DNA of 32,000 bases from Prochlorococcus marinus str. NATL2A (GCF_000012465.1 NC_007335.2:1770001-1802000), one strand, 5' to 3'. Positions 9,435 through 21,683 are shown, counted from the stretch's first letter. Translations and numbers: made by a program. The notes: generated from the sequence alone by a model not told the origin.

Positions 9435-10853
9435 ATGATAAGCACCCCCTCTTCAAATAACGGGGATTTTTCAAAGCAAGGTAGAGATTTTGGAGCTTTT
9501 AATAATTCCAAGATTGAGAAGCCTCGTTTTGAAGCTCAACCTGACCAAATACCACCACAAAATTTAGAAGCAGAAGAATCTGTTCTTGGTGGAATTTTAT
9601 TGGATCCTGATGCGATAGGACGTATAGCTGATTTGCTACAAGTTGAAGCTTTTTACATATCTGCTCATCGAGAAATATATAGAACTGCATTAATGCTTCA
9701 TAGCCAGGGCAAGCCTACAGATTTAACAGCAATGAGCGCTTGGCTTGCGGATACAAATTCTTTAGAAAAAGTTGGAGGCAACAACAGATTAGTTGAACTT
9801 GTTGAGCGGGTTACATCTACAGCATCAATCGAACAAGTTGCTAAATTAATTAGCGATAAATTTCTGCGTAGACAATTAATTAAATCTGGAAATGATGTAA
9901 TCAAATTAGGCTTTGATCAAAGTCTTCCCATGGAAGAAGCTATTGATCAAGCTGAACAGAAGATCTTTGCTATTAGCCAAGAGCAACCATCCAAAGGTCT
10001 AACACCCACAGCAGAAATTTTGACAAGTACTTTCAATGAAATAGAGAGTAGATCACTTGGTACATCAGTAGCAGGCATACCAGTTAATTTTTACGATCTG
10101 GATGCAATGACACAAGGACTGCAGCGGAGCGATCTAATAATTGTTGCAGGAAGACCAGCAATGGGAAAAACTTCAATTGTTCTTAATTTGGCGAAAAACG
10201 TTGCGCAACTTCATGACCTACCTGTTTGTGTATTCAGTCTTGAGATGAGTAAAGAGCAACTAACTTACAGATTGCTATCAAGCGAGGTAGGTATTGAGAG
10301 CAGTCGATTAAGAACGGGACGTTTGCAACAAGATGAATGGCCATTACTTGGTCAAGGTATTAATACGCTTGGTCAATTACCAATCTTCATTGATGACAAA
10401 CCAAATTCCAGTGTTCTTGAGATGAGGTCCTTATGTCGTCGCCTAATTGCTGAACAAGGTAAAGAACTGGGACTAATTGTGATTGATTATCTTCAACTAA
10501 TGGAAGGTACTTCTCCAGATAATCGAGTTCAAGAAATCTCAAGGATTACTAGAGGCCTTAAGGGTATGGCAAGAGAACTTAAAGTGCCTGTAATCGCTTT
10601 ATCTCAATTAAGTAGAGGAGTTGAATCAAGAACCAATAAAAGACCAATGCTTAGCGATCTGCGTGAATCTGGCTCAATAGAACAGGATGCGGACTTGGTT
10701 CTAATGATTTATAGGGATGAGTATTACAATCCAGAAACTACTGATAGAGGAATTACAGAAGTTATCGTGACAAAACACCGGAATGGACCCGTTGGAACAG
10801 TTAAATTACTTTTTGAACCCCAATTCACTAGATTTAGAAATCTTGCTGCTTAA
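9435..10853 (+). CDS. dnaB: Replicative DNA helicase DnaB (no intein)
   Basis: 472 aa. It has the N-terminal PPQNLEAEESVLGGILLD motif, Walker A GRPAMGKTS, Walker B LIVIDYLQLM and SQLSR. Confidence 0.96.
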   Translation: MISTPSSNNGDFSKQGRDFGAFNNSKIEKPRFEAQPDQIPPQNLEAEESVLGGILLDPDAIGRIADLLQVEAFYISAHREIYRTALMLHSQGKPTDLTAMSAWLADTNSLEKVGGNNRLVELVERVTSTASIEQVAKLISDKFLRRQLIKSGNDVIKLGFDQSLPMEEAIDQAEQKIFAISQEQPSKGLTPTAEILTSTFNEIESRSLGTSVAGIPVNFYDLDAMTQGLQRSDLIIVAGRPAMGKTSIVLNLAKNVAQLHDLPVCVFSLEMSKEQLTYRLLSSEVGIESSRLRTGRLQQDEWPLLGQGINTLGQLPIFIDDKPNSSVLEMRSLCRRLIAEQGKELGLIVIDYLQLMEGTSPDNRVQEISRITRGLKGMARELKVPVIALSQLSRGVESRTNKRPMLSDLRESGSIEQDADLVLMIYRDEYYNPETTDRGITEVIVTKHRNGPVGTVKLLFEPQFTRFRNLAA

Positions 10854-10887
10854 TTGTTTGAAAATTTATTTCCTAAATGCTTAATTG

Positions 10888-12858
10888 ATGATTACTAAAC
10901 AATCTTCAAATGAAAGTTTTGACGTAATTGTTGTAGGAGGTGGTCATGCAGGCTGCGAAGCAGCTCTGACTTCAGCAAGATTAGGATTGAATACAGCTTT
11001 ATTTACACTCAATTTAGATCGAATCGCATGGCAGCCATGTAATCCCGCAGTGGGGGGACCAGCTAAAAGTCAATTAGTTCATGAAGTTGATGCGCTAGGA
11101 GGGATAATCGGAAAATTAGCTGATTTAACGGCTCTTCAAAAAAGAGTGCTTAACGCAAGCAGAGGGCCTGCAGTTAGAGCATTGAGAGCGCAAACAGATA
11201 AGCGATCATATGCACATGAAATGCTTAAAATTCTGCAAAACACGCCAAATTTAAAGATTAGAGAGGCAATGGTTACTGGGCTAGAAGTTGAACATTATCC
11301 CAATCAGATTGACCAAAAAACACCAGAAATTCAAGAAAGAATTGGATTTATCAAGGGAATTAAAACCTATTTTGGAAGCGTTTTTCATGCAAAAGCAGTT
11401 GTACTTACAACAGGCACATTTTTAGGAGGCAGAATTTGGATTGGCAATCAATCTATGAGCGCAGGTCGAGCAGGAGAGCAAGCCTCTGAGGGGTTAACTG
11501 AAGAATTAAAAAAATTAGGCTTTACTACTGATCGTTTAAAAACAGGAACACCTGCTCGCGTCGATAGACGAACTATTGATCTTGACTCCCTCGATGAGCA
11601 ATTGAGCGATGCTTCAGATAAATTCTTTTCTTTTGATCCTCTTTCATGGAAAAGTGGAGAACAAATGAGTTGTCATATCACTCGAACAACAAAACAAACT
11701 CACCAACTTATTAAAAATAATCTTCATTTAACTCCTATTTATGGAGGTTTTATTGATAGTAAAGGTCCCAGATATTGTCCATCCATTGAAGATAAAATTG
11801 TACGTTTTGCTGATAAAGATTCACACCAGATTTTCTTAGAACCCGAAGGTAGAGATACTCCAGAAATGTATGTGCAAGGTTTCTCAACTGGACTGCCCGA
11901 AAACTTACAATTAGAACTTTTAAGGACACTTCCAGGCTTACAAAATTGCGTGATGCTTAGACCTGCTTATGCAGTTGAATATGACTACATACCAGCCACA
12001 CAATTAGAAGCAACTCTAGAAACAAAGAGAATAAGTGGCTTATATAGTGCAGGCCAATTAAATGGAACTACAGGGTATGAAGAAGCTGCAGCTCAAGGTT
12101 TAGTAGCAGGCTTAAATGCTGCAAGGTTAGTAAACAATAAAGAAGGAATTATTTTTGAAAGAGAAAGTAGTTATATAGGAACTATGATTGACGATTTAGT
12201 TACAAAGGATCTAAAAGAACCATATAGAGTGTTAACCAGTAGAAGTGAGTATAGATTAATCCTAAGGGGTGATAATGCAGATAGAAGATTAACTCCTCTT
12301 GGTTATCAATTAGGGTTAATTGATGAAAGAAGATGGAAAATATTTAATGCTAAACAACAATTAATCAATCAAGAAAAAGAAAGACTAGAGAAAGAAAGAA
12401 TTAAAGAAAGTGATAAGTCTGCAAAGGAAATATATTCCTCAACTGGAACACCTATAAAAGGATCATTAACTTTAGCAAATTTTCTCAGAAGAACAAATAT
12501 TCACTATAAAGATTTAATTACGTTTAATTTAACAACTCAAAGTATTCCTTTAGATGTTGAAGAAGGAGTGGAGATAGATATTAAATATAGTGGTTATTTA
12601 GAAAGACAAAAAGCTCAAATAAATCAATTAAAACAGCAAAGCAAAAAGTTATTACCAAAAAATTTAAATTACAATAATATAGAAACACTATCTAAAGAAG
12701 CTAGGGAGAAATTAACAATTTCTCAGCCAAAAAGCCTTGGGCATGCTGCACAACTGCCAGGCGTTAGCAAAGCTGATCTAACTGCACTTCTTGTATGGTT
12801 AAAAATAGAGAAGATGAAAAAAGTTAAAAGAAAAGATTCACTTCAAATAACAAATTAA
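10888..12858 (+). CDS. mnmG: tRNA uridine-5-carboxymethylaminomethyl modification enzyme MnmG/GidA
   Basis: About 656 aa with the FAD-binding motif [15 protein letters not shown] and GidA-like sequence throughout. I prefer the ATG at 10888. The ORF track starts at the TTG at 10885. Confidence 0.95.
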   Translation: MITKQSSNESFDVIVVGGGHAGCEAALTSARLGLNTALFTLNLDRIAWQPCNPAVGGPAKSQLVHEVDALGGIIGKLADLTALQKRVLNASRGPAVRALRAQTDKRSYAHEMLKILQNTPNLKIREAMVTGLEVEHYPNQIDQKTPEIQERIGFIKGIKTYFGSVFHAKAVVLTTGTFLGGRIWIGNQSMSAGRAGEQASEGLTEELKKLGFTTDRLKTGTPARVDRRTIDLDSLDEQLSDASDKFFSFDPLSWKSGEQMSCHITRTTKQTHQLIKNNLHLTPIYGGFIDSKGPRYCPSIEDKIVRFADKDSHQIFLEPEGRDTPEMYVQGFSTGLPENLQLELLRTLPGLQNCVMLRPAYAVEYDYIPATQLEATLETKRISGLYSAGQLNGTTGYEEAAAQGLVAGLNAARLVNNKEGIIFERESSYIGTMIDDLVTKDLKEPYRVLTSRSEYRLILRGDNADRRLTPLGYQLGLIDERRWKIFNAKQQLINQEKERLEKERIKESDKSAKEIYSSTGTPIKGSLTLANFLRRTNIHYKDLITFNLTTQSIPLDVEEGVEIDIKYSGYLERQKAQINQLKQQSKKLLPKNLNYNNIETLSKEAREKLTISQPKSLGHAAQLPGVSKADLTALLVWLKIEKMKKVKRKDSLQITN

Positions 12859-12863
12859 TAACA

Positions 12864-13451
12864 GTGAATTCACGTCAATCTCAATTACCTTCTCCTGAAG
12901 TGATTTGGAAAGCATCGAAAGAAAATGTTCTTTCAGGGAGAGGTAATCATAAGCTGTCTGGAGCTTGGCAGTTAATGCTATTGGGGGACGGCAGCCCAAC
13001 AAGACATCTCAAGCTATTAACTGGACATGAAGTTGCCATAAAAGTTATTTCCATGGCAACGGAAAATAATAATGAAATTGGCGTACCAGAAGAAGTCAAT
13101 GAGCTAGAACCACCTTTAATACGAAGGCAAGTTTGGCTGACATGTGGAGACTTAACCTTGGCCTGGGCTGAAAGCTGGTGGAATTATCAAGAAGCAGAAA
13201 AACATCTGCGCAATAAAGATCAACCTATCTGGAAAAGCCTCACCCAAGGACGCTCAGAACTTTTTAGAGAGGTAGATGGATTGGGTTTAGTAAATGCCAA
13301 TTGGCTGAAATTAGAATTCGATGAAGAGGGACCTTTTTGGAGCAGGCATTACCGATTTTTTCGTGAACAAAAAGAATTAACTGTAATCAGAGAAGTATTT
13401 AGCCCAAAGTTAGAAAAATGGCTTGGACCAGTTCCAAGGAAGGCTTTTTGA
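12864..13451 (+). CDS. Chorismate pyruvate-lyase-like protein (DUF564/UbiC-like, cyanobacterial type)
   Basis: 195 aa with a GTG start 5 nt after the mnmG stop. The segments LLGDGSPTRHLKLLTG, RRQVWL, ESWW and GPFWSRHY match my memory of the cyanobacterial chorismate-lyase family (Synechocystis Sll1797 type). Confidence 0.65.
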   Translation: MNSRQSQLPSPEVIWKASKENVLSGRGNHKLSGAWQLMLLGDGSPTRHLKLLTGHEVAIKVISMATENNNEIGVPEEVNELEPPLIRRQVWLTCGDLTLAWAESWWNYQEAEKHLRNKDQPIWKSLTQGRSELFREVDGLGLVNANWLKLEFDEEGPFWSRHYRFFREQKELTVIREVFSPKLEKWLGPVPRKAF

Positions 13452-13455
13452 GAAA

Positions 13456-13989
13456 CTAGTACTTTCTTCGACTAGATCTTGGTATATTTTTTCTTCTTTG
13501 AGGAGTTCGTTCATCTAAACAAGAATCGTTTGATTTCGATGTATTTTGCTTAATTAAATTATCTTTTCTTTCCCACTTATTTAATTTAAAAGATTGATCG
13601 TCTGGCCATTCATCCAGTTCGTCAGAATTATTTCTCCTTCTTTCAATCTGAGGTGGTAAGGCTTTAGGAGCTCTTAAGGAAATAGCAGTTAAGGGTCTTT
13701 TTGTATTGTTTAAGCTTTCTTGAAAGGGTTCAACATCTAAGTCTTCATTATCCAACCAATCGTCATCATCCTCAAAAAACCAATCAATTTTCTCTTCCAT
13801 CCAACGACCAACTTTATCGAAATTTGCTGAAGTCTCTTTATCTTGCCATCCTCCCCTTCTTTGACCCGGGCGATTACCTGCGACACCATCTACAACCTGT
13901 TTTCCAGTTTGTATCCATTTATCCATTCTGCGATCAAGAGGTGCCCGAGATCGCTGACGAATTTGATTACGATTGTTATATGAGCTCAT
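13456..13989 (-). CDS. Hypothetical highly charged, probably disordered protein (basic termini, acidic Trp-rich centre)
   Basis: 177-aa ORF with an ATG start. Its composition is dominated by R/K/D/E/N/W (e.g. WFFEDDDDWLDNEDLDVEPF, DELDEWPDD, C-terminal RRKNIPRSSRRKY). It lies 53 nt downstream of the SprT-like gene on the same strand. Confidence 0.6.
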   Translation of the reverse strand: MSSYNNRNQIRQRSRAPLDRRMDKWIQTGKQVVDGVAGNRPGQRRGGWQDKETSANFDKVGRWMEEKIDWFFEDDDDWLDNEDLDVEPFQESLNNTKRPLTAISLRAPKALPPQIERRRNNSDELDEWPDDQSFKLNKWERKDNLIKQNTSKSNDSCLDERTPQRRKNIPRSSRRKY

Positions 13990-14042
13990 CTTTTAAATTT
14001 AACGCTTTCAAACCAACAAGTGAATCACCGTAAAGAAGAAAA

Positions 14043-14594
14043 TTATTTTTTAGTTCTAGAAAAAGGTTGAAATTCAAGCACACATTTTTGATCCCATCGA
14101 CCTCCAAAATAATTATTACAACAACTACGACAGGCAGCGCCTTTGACAATACGTCGATAACTAAAACTTCGTTTACATGAAGGACAAGTTGCCACCCATT
14201 TGGGAATTCTGTTTGATATTGGGAAAGAATGACGAACTGTTACTTGAAAATCAGTTTGAGCGGAATTGATCTCTGCCATACGTTGATGAAAATTAGGCCC
14301 ATGGGCCTCTTCAACTTTCAGGACAAGATCAATCCAAGCATGAATCATTTCGTGGCACAAAGTACTGTTTAATGCTTTTTGGGGAAGATTCTCTAATACT
14401 GGTCTAGACAAAATTATTTCACTAGCTTTAACTCCTAAGAAATTCGTTTTACGTCTATATATCCCAGCCGTAGTCCGCATCCGACCATCACTCCAACGCA
14501 CAGAGACTCTGGGAACTCCTTTCTCCAACAAAGAGTTGTGAAAATGTTGTCTGTTTAATTTAAGAAATAATGGTAAAACAGGTATTAAAGACAT
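14043..14594 (-). CDS. SprT-like zinc metalloprotease with a C-terminal zinc ribbon
   Basis: It has the HExxH motif (CHEMIHAW) and a C-terminal CPSC...CRSC pair. I prefer the ATG at 14594 (MSLIPVLPLF...). The ORF track extends to a TTG at 14660. Confidence 0.8.
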   Translation of the reverse strand: MSLIPVLPLFLKLNRQHFHNSLLEKGVPRVSVRWSDGRMRTTAGIYRRKTNFLGVKASEIILSRPVLENLPQKALNSTLCHEMIHAWIDLVLKVEEAHGPNFHQRMAEINSAQTDFQVTVRHSFPISNRIPKWVATCPSCKRSFSYRRIVKGAACRSCCNNYFGGRWDQKCVLEFQPFSRTKK

Positions 14595-14712
14595 TGATGC
14601 AGAGAACTCATTAGCTTTATTATTTCGATAACATTCTGTCTGACTATCAATAACAAACAAGCTAATCTCATAGCTAATAAGTCAGACTCTTTAATCAAAA
14701 GGAATTAAAAAC

Positions 14713-15135
14713 ATGGATAGCGCTTTAATCAAAGCAATTGGTTTAAAAGCTCTCTTAGTTGGAGTTGGCGCACTTCTCCTGTTTTGGACTTTTAATGCAA
14801 TTAAACTCGTTGTAAGTGCTAGAGGGATTAATCCTCTTGTGAAAAAGTTTTTTGATCAGATTGCAGCTGGCCGAATAGATGGGGCTTATAGACTTACGAC
14901 AAAAGCTTATAAATCACACGTCAATAGACAAGACTTCATCAAATTTTTGGGTAGCTTGCAATTAAATCGATATAGAAACTTAAAATCAGGGCGTCCAAGG
15001 ATAGAAGACAATCAAATCATGCTCACACTAAGCTTGAAATCAGAAGATAAGAAAAATGAAATGCCGCTGGATTTCACTTTTATTAAAATCAACGAAAATT
15101 GGCAAATTGATCGTATTGCTAAAGCCAATAAATAA
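14713..15135 (+). CDS. Hypothetical membrane-anchored protein with a possible NTF2-like/DUF4864-like domain
   Basis: 140 aa with an N-terminal hydrophobic helix (LKALLVGVGALLLFWTF). The remainder (GRIDGAYRLTTKAYKSHVNRQDFIKFL ... NENWQIDRI) resembles DUF4864 proteins from memory. It ends 18 nt before ligA. Confidence 0.65.
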   Translation: MDSALIKAIGLKALLVGVGALLLFWTFNAIKLVVSARGINPLVKKFFDQIAAGRIDGAYRLTTKAYKSHVNRQDFIKFLGSLQLNRYRNLKSGRPRIEDNQIMLTLSLKSEDKKNEMPLDFTFIKINENWQIDRIAKANK

Positions 15136-15153
15136 TTAAGCAGAATGTGATAA

Positions 15154-17226
<2,073 letters not shown>

Positions 17227-17244
17227 AATGGTCATAATTTAAAA

Positions 17245-17403
17245 ATGCTTAAAAATAAAATTTTTTCTTTAATCAAAACTGAATGTGGGCGCGCTAAATA
17301 TGAAATGCTGGCTTCCAAAAAAGGTATATTTAATCGAATAAGACTGTATTGGTTTATCCTGTTTGCAACGATTAAAGATTGGAATTTAACAGCTGAGGAT
17401 TAA
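17245..17403 (+). CDS. Candidate small ORF of 52 codons, not in the supplied ORF track
   Basis: My hand translation gives MLKNKIFSLIKTECGRAKYEMLASKKGIFNRIRLYWFILFATIKDWNLTAED*. It has an ATG start 18 nt after the ligA stop. It fills the otherwise empty 173-nt convergent spacer, and its TAA overlaps the stop codon of the minus-strand DedA gene. I recognise no homology. Confidence 0.3.
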   Translation: MLKNKIFSLIKTECGRAKYEMLASKKGIFNRIRLYWFILFATIKDWNLTAED

Positions 17404-17437
17404 TCTAAGGATTTAGAATCCTGATTTATTTTTCTTG
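17396..17437 (+). terminator. Candidate intrinsic terminator for the ligA/small-ORF transcript
   Basis: An imperfect hairpin AGGAU(uaa)UCUAA-GGAU-UUAGAAUCCU spans 17396..17422 and is followed by GAUUUAUUUUUCUUG. The stem is AT-rich. It overlaps the last codons of the DedA gene on the opposite strand. Confidence 0.3.
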
Positions 17438-18023
17438 TTGAACGTAAAACTAAAATAACAATTAAAATTGTTGAAAAGATACTAATTAAGCTCCAAATAA
17501 ATGAACTTGTATCAGATCTTCCAGAAAGTACTTCGCCAAAACTTGAAACTTTAAGTGCTAAGGAACCTAAGCTGCAATATAAAATTGTGCCAGGTAATAT
17601 ACCAAACATTCCAATAGTAAAATCACGAACTTTTACATCGCTCAAGCCATAAGTAAAATTAAGTAAGCCAAATGGAAAAAGAGGAGAAAGTCTAGTTAAA
17701 AGAATGACTTTCAGACCCTCGCGTTTAACAGCCTTCTCCATAATTTGAACTTTTGGAAAATTCGAGACCTTGCTTTGAGCCCATTCTTTTAAAAAAGTTC
17801 TCCCTAAATAAAAAGTTAGATGAGCTCCAACAAAAGCACCTACAAAAACAACCGAACTTCCAAGCCAGGTTCCATAAAGAAAGCCAGACAACATGGAAAG
17901 CCAGGAGCCTGGCAGCAAGCAAGACACCCAAAAAACATAAACCAAAGCAAAACCCAAAATTCCTAAAGGACTGCTTAAAAAAGGAATAAAATTATTGACT
18001 AGAGTTTCTATGTTTTGAGTCAT
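17400..18023 (-). CDS. DedA / TVP38-TMEM64 (SNARE-associated) family membrane protein
   Basis: It has multiple hydrophobic helices and a VTT-domain-like core (FLYGTWLGSSVVFVGAFVGAHLTFYLGR...LTRLSPLFPFGLLNFTYGLS). I prefer the ATG at 18023, 14 nt after the valS stop. The ORF-track start at 18110 would overlap valS by 73 nt. Confidence 0.85.
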   Translation of the reverse strand: MTQNIETLVNNFIPFLSSPLGILGFALVYVFWVSCLLPGSWLSMLSGFLYGTWLGSSVVFVGAFVGAHLTFYLGRTFLKEWAQSKVSNFPKVQIMEKAVKREGLKVILLTRLSPLFPFGLLNFTYGLSDVKVRDFTIGMFGILPGTILYCSLGSLALKVSSFGEVLSGRSDTSSFIWSLISIFSTILIVILVLRSTRKINQDSKSLD

Positions 18024-18037
18024 AAGTTCTAGATAAA

Positions 18038-20839
18038 TCAATCCAATCCCATGAGACGCTCTTTGACTAGACGGACTTGAGCTTCTGACTCCGTTAAGTT
18101 TGCTCTGCATTCTTCAACAACATCTTTGGGAGCTTTATCAACAAAATTCTTATTCGCTAAACGTCCAGAAAGACTTTCAATTTCTTTTTGTGCTTTATTT
18201 AAATCTTTTTCTAGCCTAGATCTTAATGAAGCTATATCTATTAACCCTTCAATAGGCAACACTACCTCAAGCTCTCCACTTACGCCTGCTAGAGCTTTCA
18301 TTGAAGGCAATGACTTTGCTTGCTCTGGAGATAATATCTGTACTTCCTTAGCCTTGGTCAAAACAGCAATATCATTGATTGATGTTGTTAGTGTTTTTTG
18401 TAAGACCTCTTTACCAGAAACCAACATGACAGGAACTTTTTGAGAGGGTTTCAACCCAGCAACTGCTCTTAGATTGCGAATCAATCTGATAGATGCAAAT
18501 AAATCAGAGAAAGAACTTTCTAAATCTAGATTCAAGTCTTGTTCATTTGATTTGGGCCAAGGCTGCAAAGCTAAAAATTGATCCTCATCTAAACCTGTTA
18601 ATCCATGCCAAAGCTCCTCTGTCAAATGAGGCATTAGAGGATGAAGCATAATCAATAGATCACTTAGAACTTTGTATAAAACACTTTTCGCTATTTTTCG
18701 ATCTAATAATTCATCGGAAGAAAGATTTTCTGAATTATTCAATCGACGTTTAATTAATTCTAAATACCAATCACAAAAATCATTCCAAGCAAATTCATAT
18801 AGTCCCTTAGCGGCCTCTCCTAGAGCATAATTTTCATATCGATTAGCAGTCTCATGATTGACTCGTGCAAGTCTTGATAAAATCCACCTGTCTGATAATT
18901 GCAACTTAGAAGAATCGTATGACTCCAAGTTTTCATAATCCTGGTCTTCAAGATTAATAAGAGCAAACCTAGTTGCATTCCAAAGCTTATTAGCAAAATT
19001 TCTAGATGCCTCAACCGTTGCTGATGTTTGATTTTTACGATCAAAGTCAAGACGTATATCTTGGCCAGCACCTGCAACTTCACGAACAAGAGCAAACCTC
19101 AAAGCATCTGTTCCATATCTTTCTATTAGTAATAAAGGATCAATGCCATTTCCAGCACTTTTACTCATCTTTCTGTTCTGTTCATCTCTAACAAGTCCGT
19201 GAATATAGACGTCAGCAAATGGCATCCGCTCCGTAAAGACACCAGCCATCATTGTCATCCTTGCTACCCAAAAGAAAATAATGTCAAAGCCAGTAACCAA
19301 AGTATTCGTGGGATACCAACGTTGAAAATCAGGATGGGTTTCATCAGGCCAACCTAATGTAGAAAAAGGCCATAATCCGCTGGAAAACCATGTATCTAGC
19401 ACATCTTCATCTTGCTCAATTTTAACTGAATCTCCATATTTTTCTCGTGCTAATTTCTTCGCTTCATCTTCTGTTCGAGCAACAATGTACGGGGTTTCAT
19501 TAACAACTTTATTATCTGTTTGACTAATTACAAACCAAGCCGGAATGCGATGTCCCCACCAAAGTTGTCTACTAATACACCAATCTCTTATATCAGTTAA
19601 CCAATCACGATAAACTTTAGACCATCTATTAGGAATAAATTTAGGTTGTCCTTTCTCAAAAAATTCAGAACAACTACTAGAGAGAGGATCCATTTTCACA
19701 AACCACTGAGTTGACAGCAATGGTTCTACTGGTACTTTCCCTCGGTCAGAGAAAGGCACACTATGTTTATAAGCTTCTATTTTGGTTAAAAGACCAATCT
19801 CCTTTAAAGAATCAATAACAGCTTCACGAGCTTCAAAACGATCCAAGCCTTCAAATTGACCTGCATTGTGATTCATCGTTCCTTTTTTAGTCATGACTGT
19901 TATTTGAGGTAAGTCATGTCTCTGACCTATCTCAAAATCATTAGGATCATGAGCTGGAGTGACTTTGACACATCCAGTTCCAAAATCTTTATCTACATGA
20001 GGGTCTCCAATAATTGGAATGGTTCTGCCAACTAAAGGCAAAGTAAGTTTCTCCCCTATGAGATCTTTATACCTTTCATCTGATGGGTTCACAGCAACTG
20101 CGACATCCCCAAGCATCGTCTCAGGACGTGTAGTCGCTACTTCTAAGTAACTAATTTGTTTCGCACTTGATACAGATGATGTGACTAGGGGATATCGAAA
20201 ATGCCATAGATGTCCATCTACTTCTTTCATTTCAACTTCTAAATCACTCACAGCCGAACCAGAGGCAGGACACCAATTCACTAAATATTCTCCTCGATAT
20301 ATCAATCCCTTTTCATGTAAACGAACAAATGCCTCAGAAACAGCTTTACTCAGTCCTTCATCCAATGTAAATCTCTCTCTACTCCAGTCTACGGAATATC
20401 CCAAACGCTTTAATTGATCAACAATTCTTCCACCACTTTTTTCTTTCCACTCCCAAGCTTTTTCCAAAAAAGAAGCTCTACCAAGATCACGACGATTTTT
20501 GCCTTCTTCCTTAAGTTGTCGCTCGAGAATAGTTTGAACCGCAATTGAAGCATGGTCTGTTCCTGGAAGACAAAGAACATTATTTCCTTTTAATCTCTTA
20601 TACCTGACAACTGTATCGATTAAGGCAGTATTAAAAGCATGCCCCATATGCAAACTACCTGTGACATTTGGAGGAGGAATAACTACGGAGAATGGGTCTC
20701 CAGGGGCTGATGGATCAGGTTTAAAAGCTCCTTTTTCTTCCCAAGCTTTCTGCCAGCGATTTTCAGTACCTACTGGATCATATGTTTTAGGAAGCCCTGA
20801 GGCTTCAGATAATTTTGTAGTTTTTACCCGCTCTATCAC
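18038..20839 (-). CDS. valS: Valyl-tRNA synthetase
   Basis: 933 aa with a GTG start. It has the class I HIGH-type motif (SLHMGHAF), KMSKS, and a C-terminal coiled-coil tail. Confidence 0.96.
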   Translation of the reverse strand: MIERVKTTKLSEASGLPKTYDPVGTENRWQKAWEEKGAFKPDPSAPGDPFSVVIPPPNVTGSLHMGHAFNTALIDTVVRYKRLKGNNVLCLPGTDHASIAVQTILERQLKEEGKNRRDLGRASFLEKAWEWKEKSGGRIVDQLKRLGYSVDWSRERFTLDEGLSKAVSEAFVRLHEKGLIYRGEYLVNWCPASGSAVSDLEVEMKEVDGHLWHFRYPLVTSSVSSAKQISYLEVATTRPETMLGDVAVAVNPSDERYKDLIGEKLTLPLVGRTIPIIGDPHVDKDFGTGCVKVTPAHDPNDFEIGQRHDLPQITVMTKKGTMNHNAGQFEGLDRFEAREAVIDSLKEIGLLTKIEAYKHSVPFSDRGKVPVEPLLSTQWFVKMDPLSSSCSEFFEKGQPKFIPNRWSKVYRDWLTDIRDWCISRQLWWGHRIPAWFVISQTDNKVVNETPYIVARTEDEAKKLAREKYGDSVKIEQDEDVLDTWFSSGLWPFSTLGWPDETHPDFQRWYPTNTLVTGFDIIFFWVARMTMMAGVFTERMPFADVYIHGLVRDEQNRKMSKSAGNGIDPLLLIERYGTDALRFALVREVAGAGQDIRLDFDRKNQTSATVEASRNFANKLWNATRFALINLEDQDYENLESYDSSKLQLSDRWILSRLARVNHETANRYENYALGEAAKGLYEFAWNDFCDWYLELIKRRLNNSENLSSDELLDRKIAKSVLYKVLSDLLIMLHPLMPHLTEELWHGLTGLDEDQFLALQPWPKSNEQDLNLDLESSFSDLFASIRLIRNLRAVAGLKPSQKVPVMLVSGKEVLQKTLTTSINDIAVLTKAKEVQILSPEQAKSLPSMKALAGVSGELEVVLPIEGLIDIASLRSRLEKDLNKAQKEIESLSGRLANKNFVDKAPKDVVEECRANLTESEAQVRLVKERLMGLD

Positions 20840-20912
20840 AGAAAAAAAATGTGTTTAATTTAATTTACTCATTCCCGACAAAATTTTTACATCATTCTTG
20901 CTTTTCCTAAAT

Positions 20913-21377
20913 TCAAATGTCACTTTTCACGTTCCAAGGAATCGAAATTATTGAGTCATGCCTTTCCCATGCAGCCGAAGATAAAGAAACCTTGTCACCT
21001 AAACCGATCCTTTCTAAGGCTTGAACTACGTCATTATCATTAATCATCTTTTCTAAAGCGATAGGCATAATCAAAACTTGCGCTTCTGCAGGATCAGCCA
21101 TCACATGTAATGACAAATCCTCTAAAGCTCTTTCAAAAAATATTTTTCTCATTCGACTTGTTAAAGCAGAACCCATCGCTTTCGCAAACATTTCTAGGCT
21201 TTCTTTTTCTCCAGAAAGCCCACAATTTAAACTTAACCAAATTAAAAATTTAGCCCAACTATCTACGCTCCATAATGGCTGAAAGCTATCTCGCTTACTA
21301 TAAATTAATTCCAACAATGCGAACTCAAAGGCTTTTGCTTGAATAGACGTGCGAGATATTTGTTCCATAGAAGACAT
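20913..21377 (-). CDS. Conserved hypothetical protein
   Basis: ORF of roughly 154 aa directly upstream of valS on the same strand. The possible starts are TTG 21386, ATG 21377 and ATG 21368. I recognise no motif. Confidence 0.6.
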   Translation of the reverse strand: MSSMEQISRTSIQAKAFEFALLELIYSKRDSFQPLWSVDSWAKFLIWLSLNCGLSGEKESLEMFAKAMGSALTSRMRKIFFERALEDLSLHVMADPAEAQVLIMPIALEKMINDNDVVQALERIGLGDKVSLSSAAWERHDSIISIPWNVKSDI

Positions 21378-21431
21378 TTTCTCCAACTACAGCCAAACTA
21401 GTGTTTATTGTTCGTTATCTGTTTATTTGTC

Positions 21432-21683
21432 ATGGATCTGAACGACCCTGAACTTGAGTTCTCCGATCTTGTTTACGCATATCAAAGCTGGGTCATCGCT
21501 GTAATCAACGATGAAAAATTAAATAGTAAAGAAAAGTTGCTTACAGAGGAAATATCAGATGATGCTTTAAATGCTATGAGATTCTTACCAGGTGAAGTAA
21601 CTAGCGCAATTGAAACAAGTTTAGCTCGCGTCTATGAAGTTGATTCCGATGAGCTCTCTGCGATCTTGTTTCAAGAAGAATAA
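21432..21683 (+). CDS. Hypothetical small acidic protein (83 aa)
   Basis: I prefer the ATG at 21432 (MDLNDPELEF...). The ORF track starts at the TTG at 21408. The gene is divergent from the 20913..21377 gene. I recognise no motif. Confidence 0.55.
   Translation: MDLNDPELEFSDLVYAYQSWVIAVINDEKLNSKEKLLTEEISDDALNAMRFLPGEVTSAIETSLARVYEVDSDELSAILFQEE

Noticed and set aside
9435-10853. A possible intein in dnaB, as found in some cyanobacteria.
   Set aside because: The ORF is 472 aa with contiguous helicase motifs and no insertion, so no intein is present.
17400-18110. ORF-track N-terminal extensions: DedA to 18110 (overlapping valS by 73 nt), gcvP to 5348, the SprT-like gene to 14660, aspS to 26399, mnmG to 10885, and the small acidic protein to 21408.
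   Set aside because: The extensions begin at non-ATG codons and add residues outside the conserved family cores, or they overlap the upstream gene. In-frame ATGs give gene boundaries with the short spacers typical of this genome.
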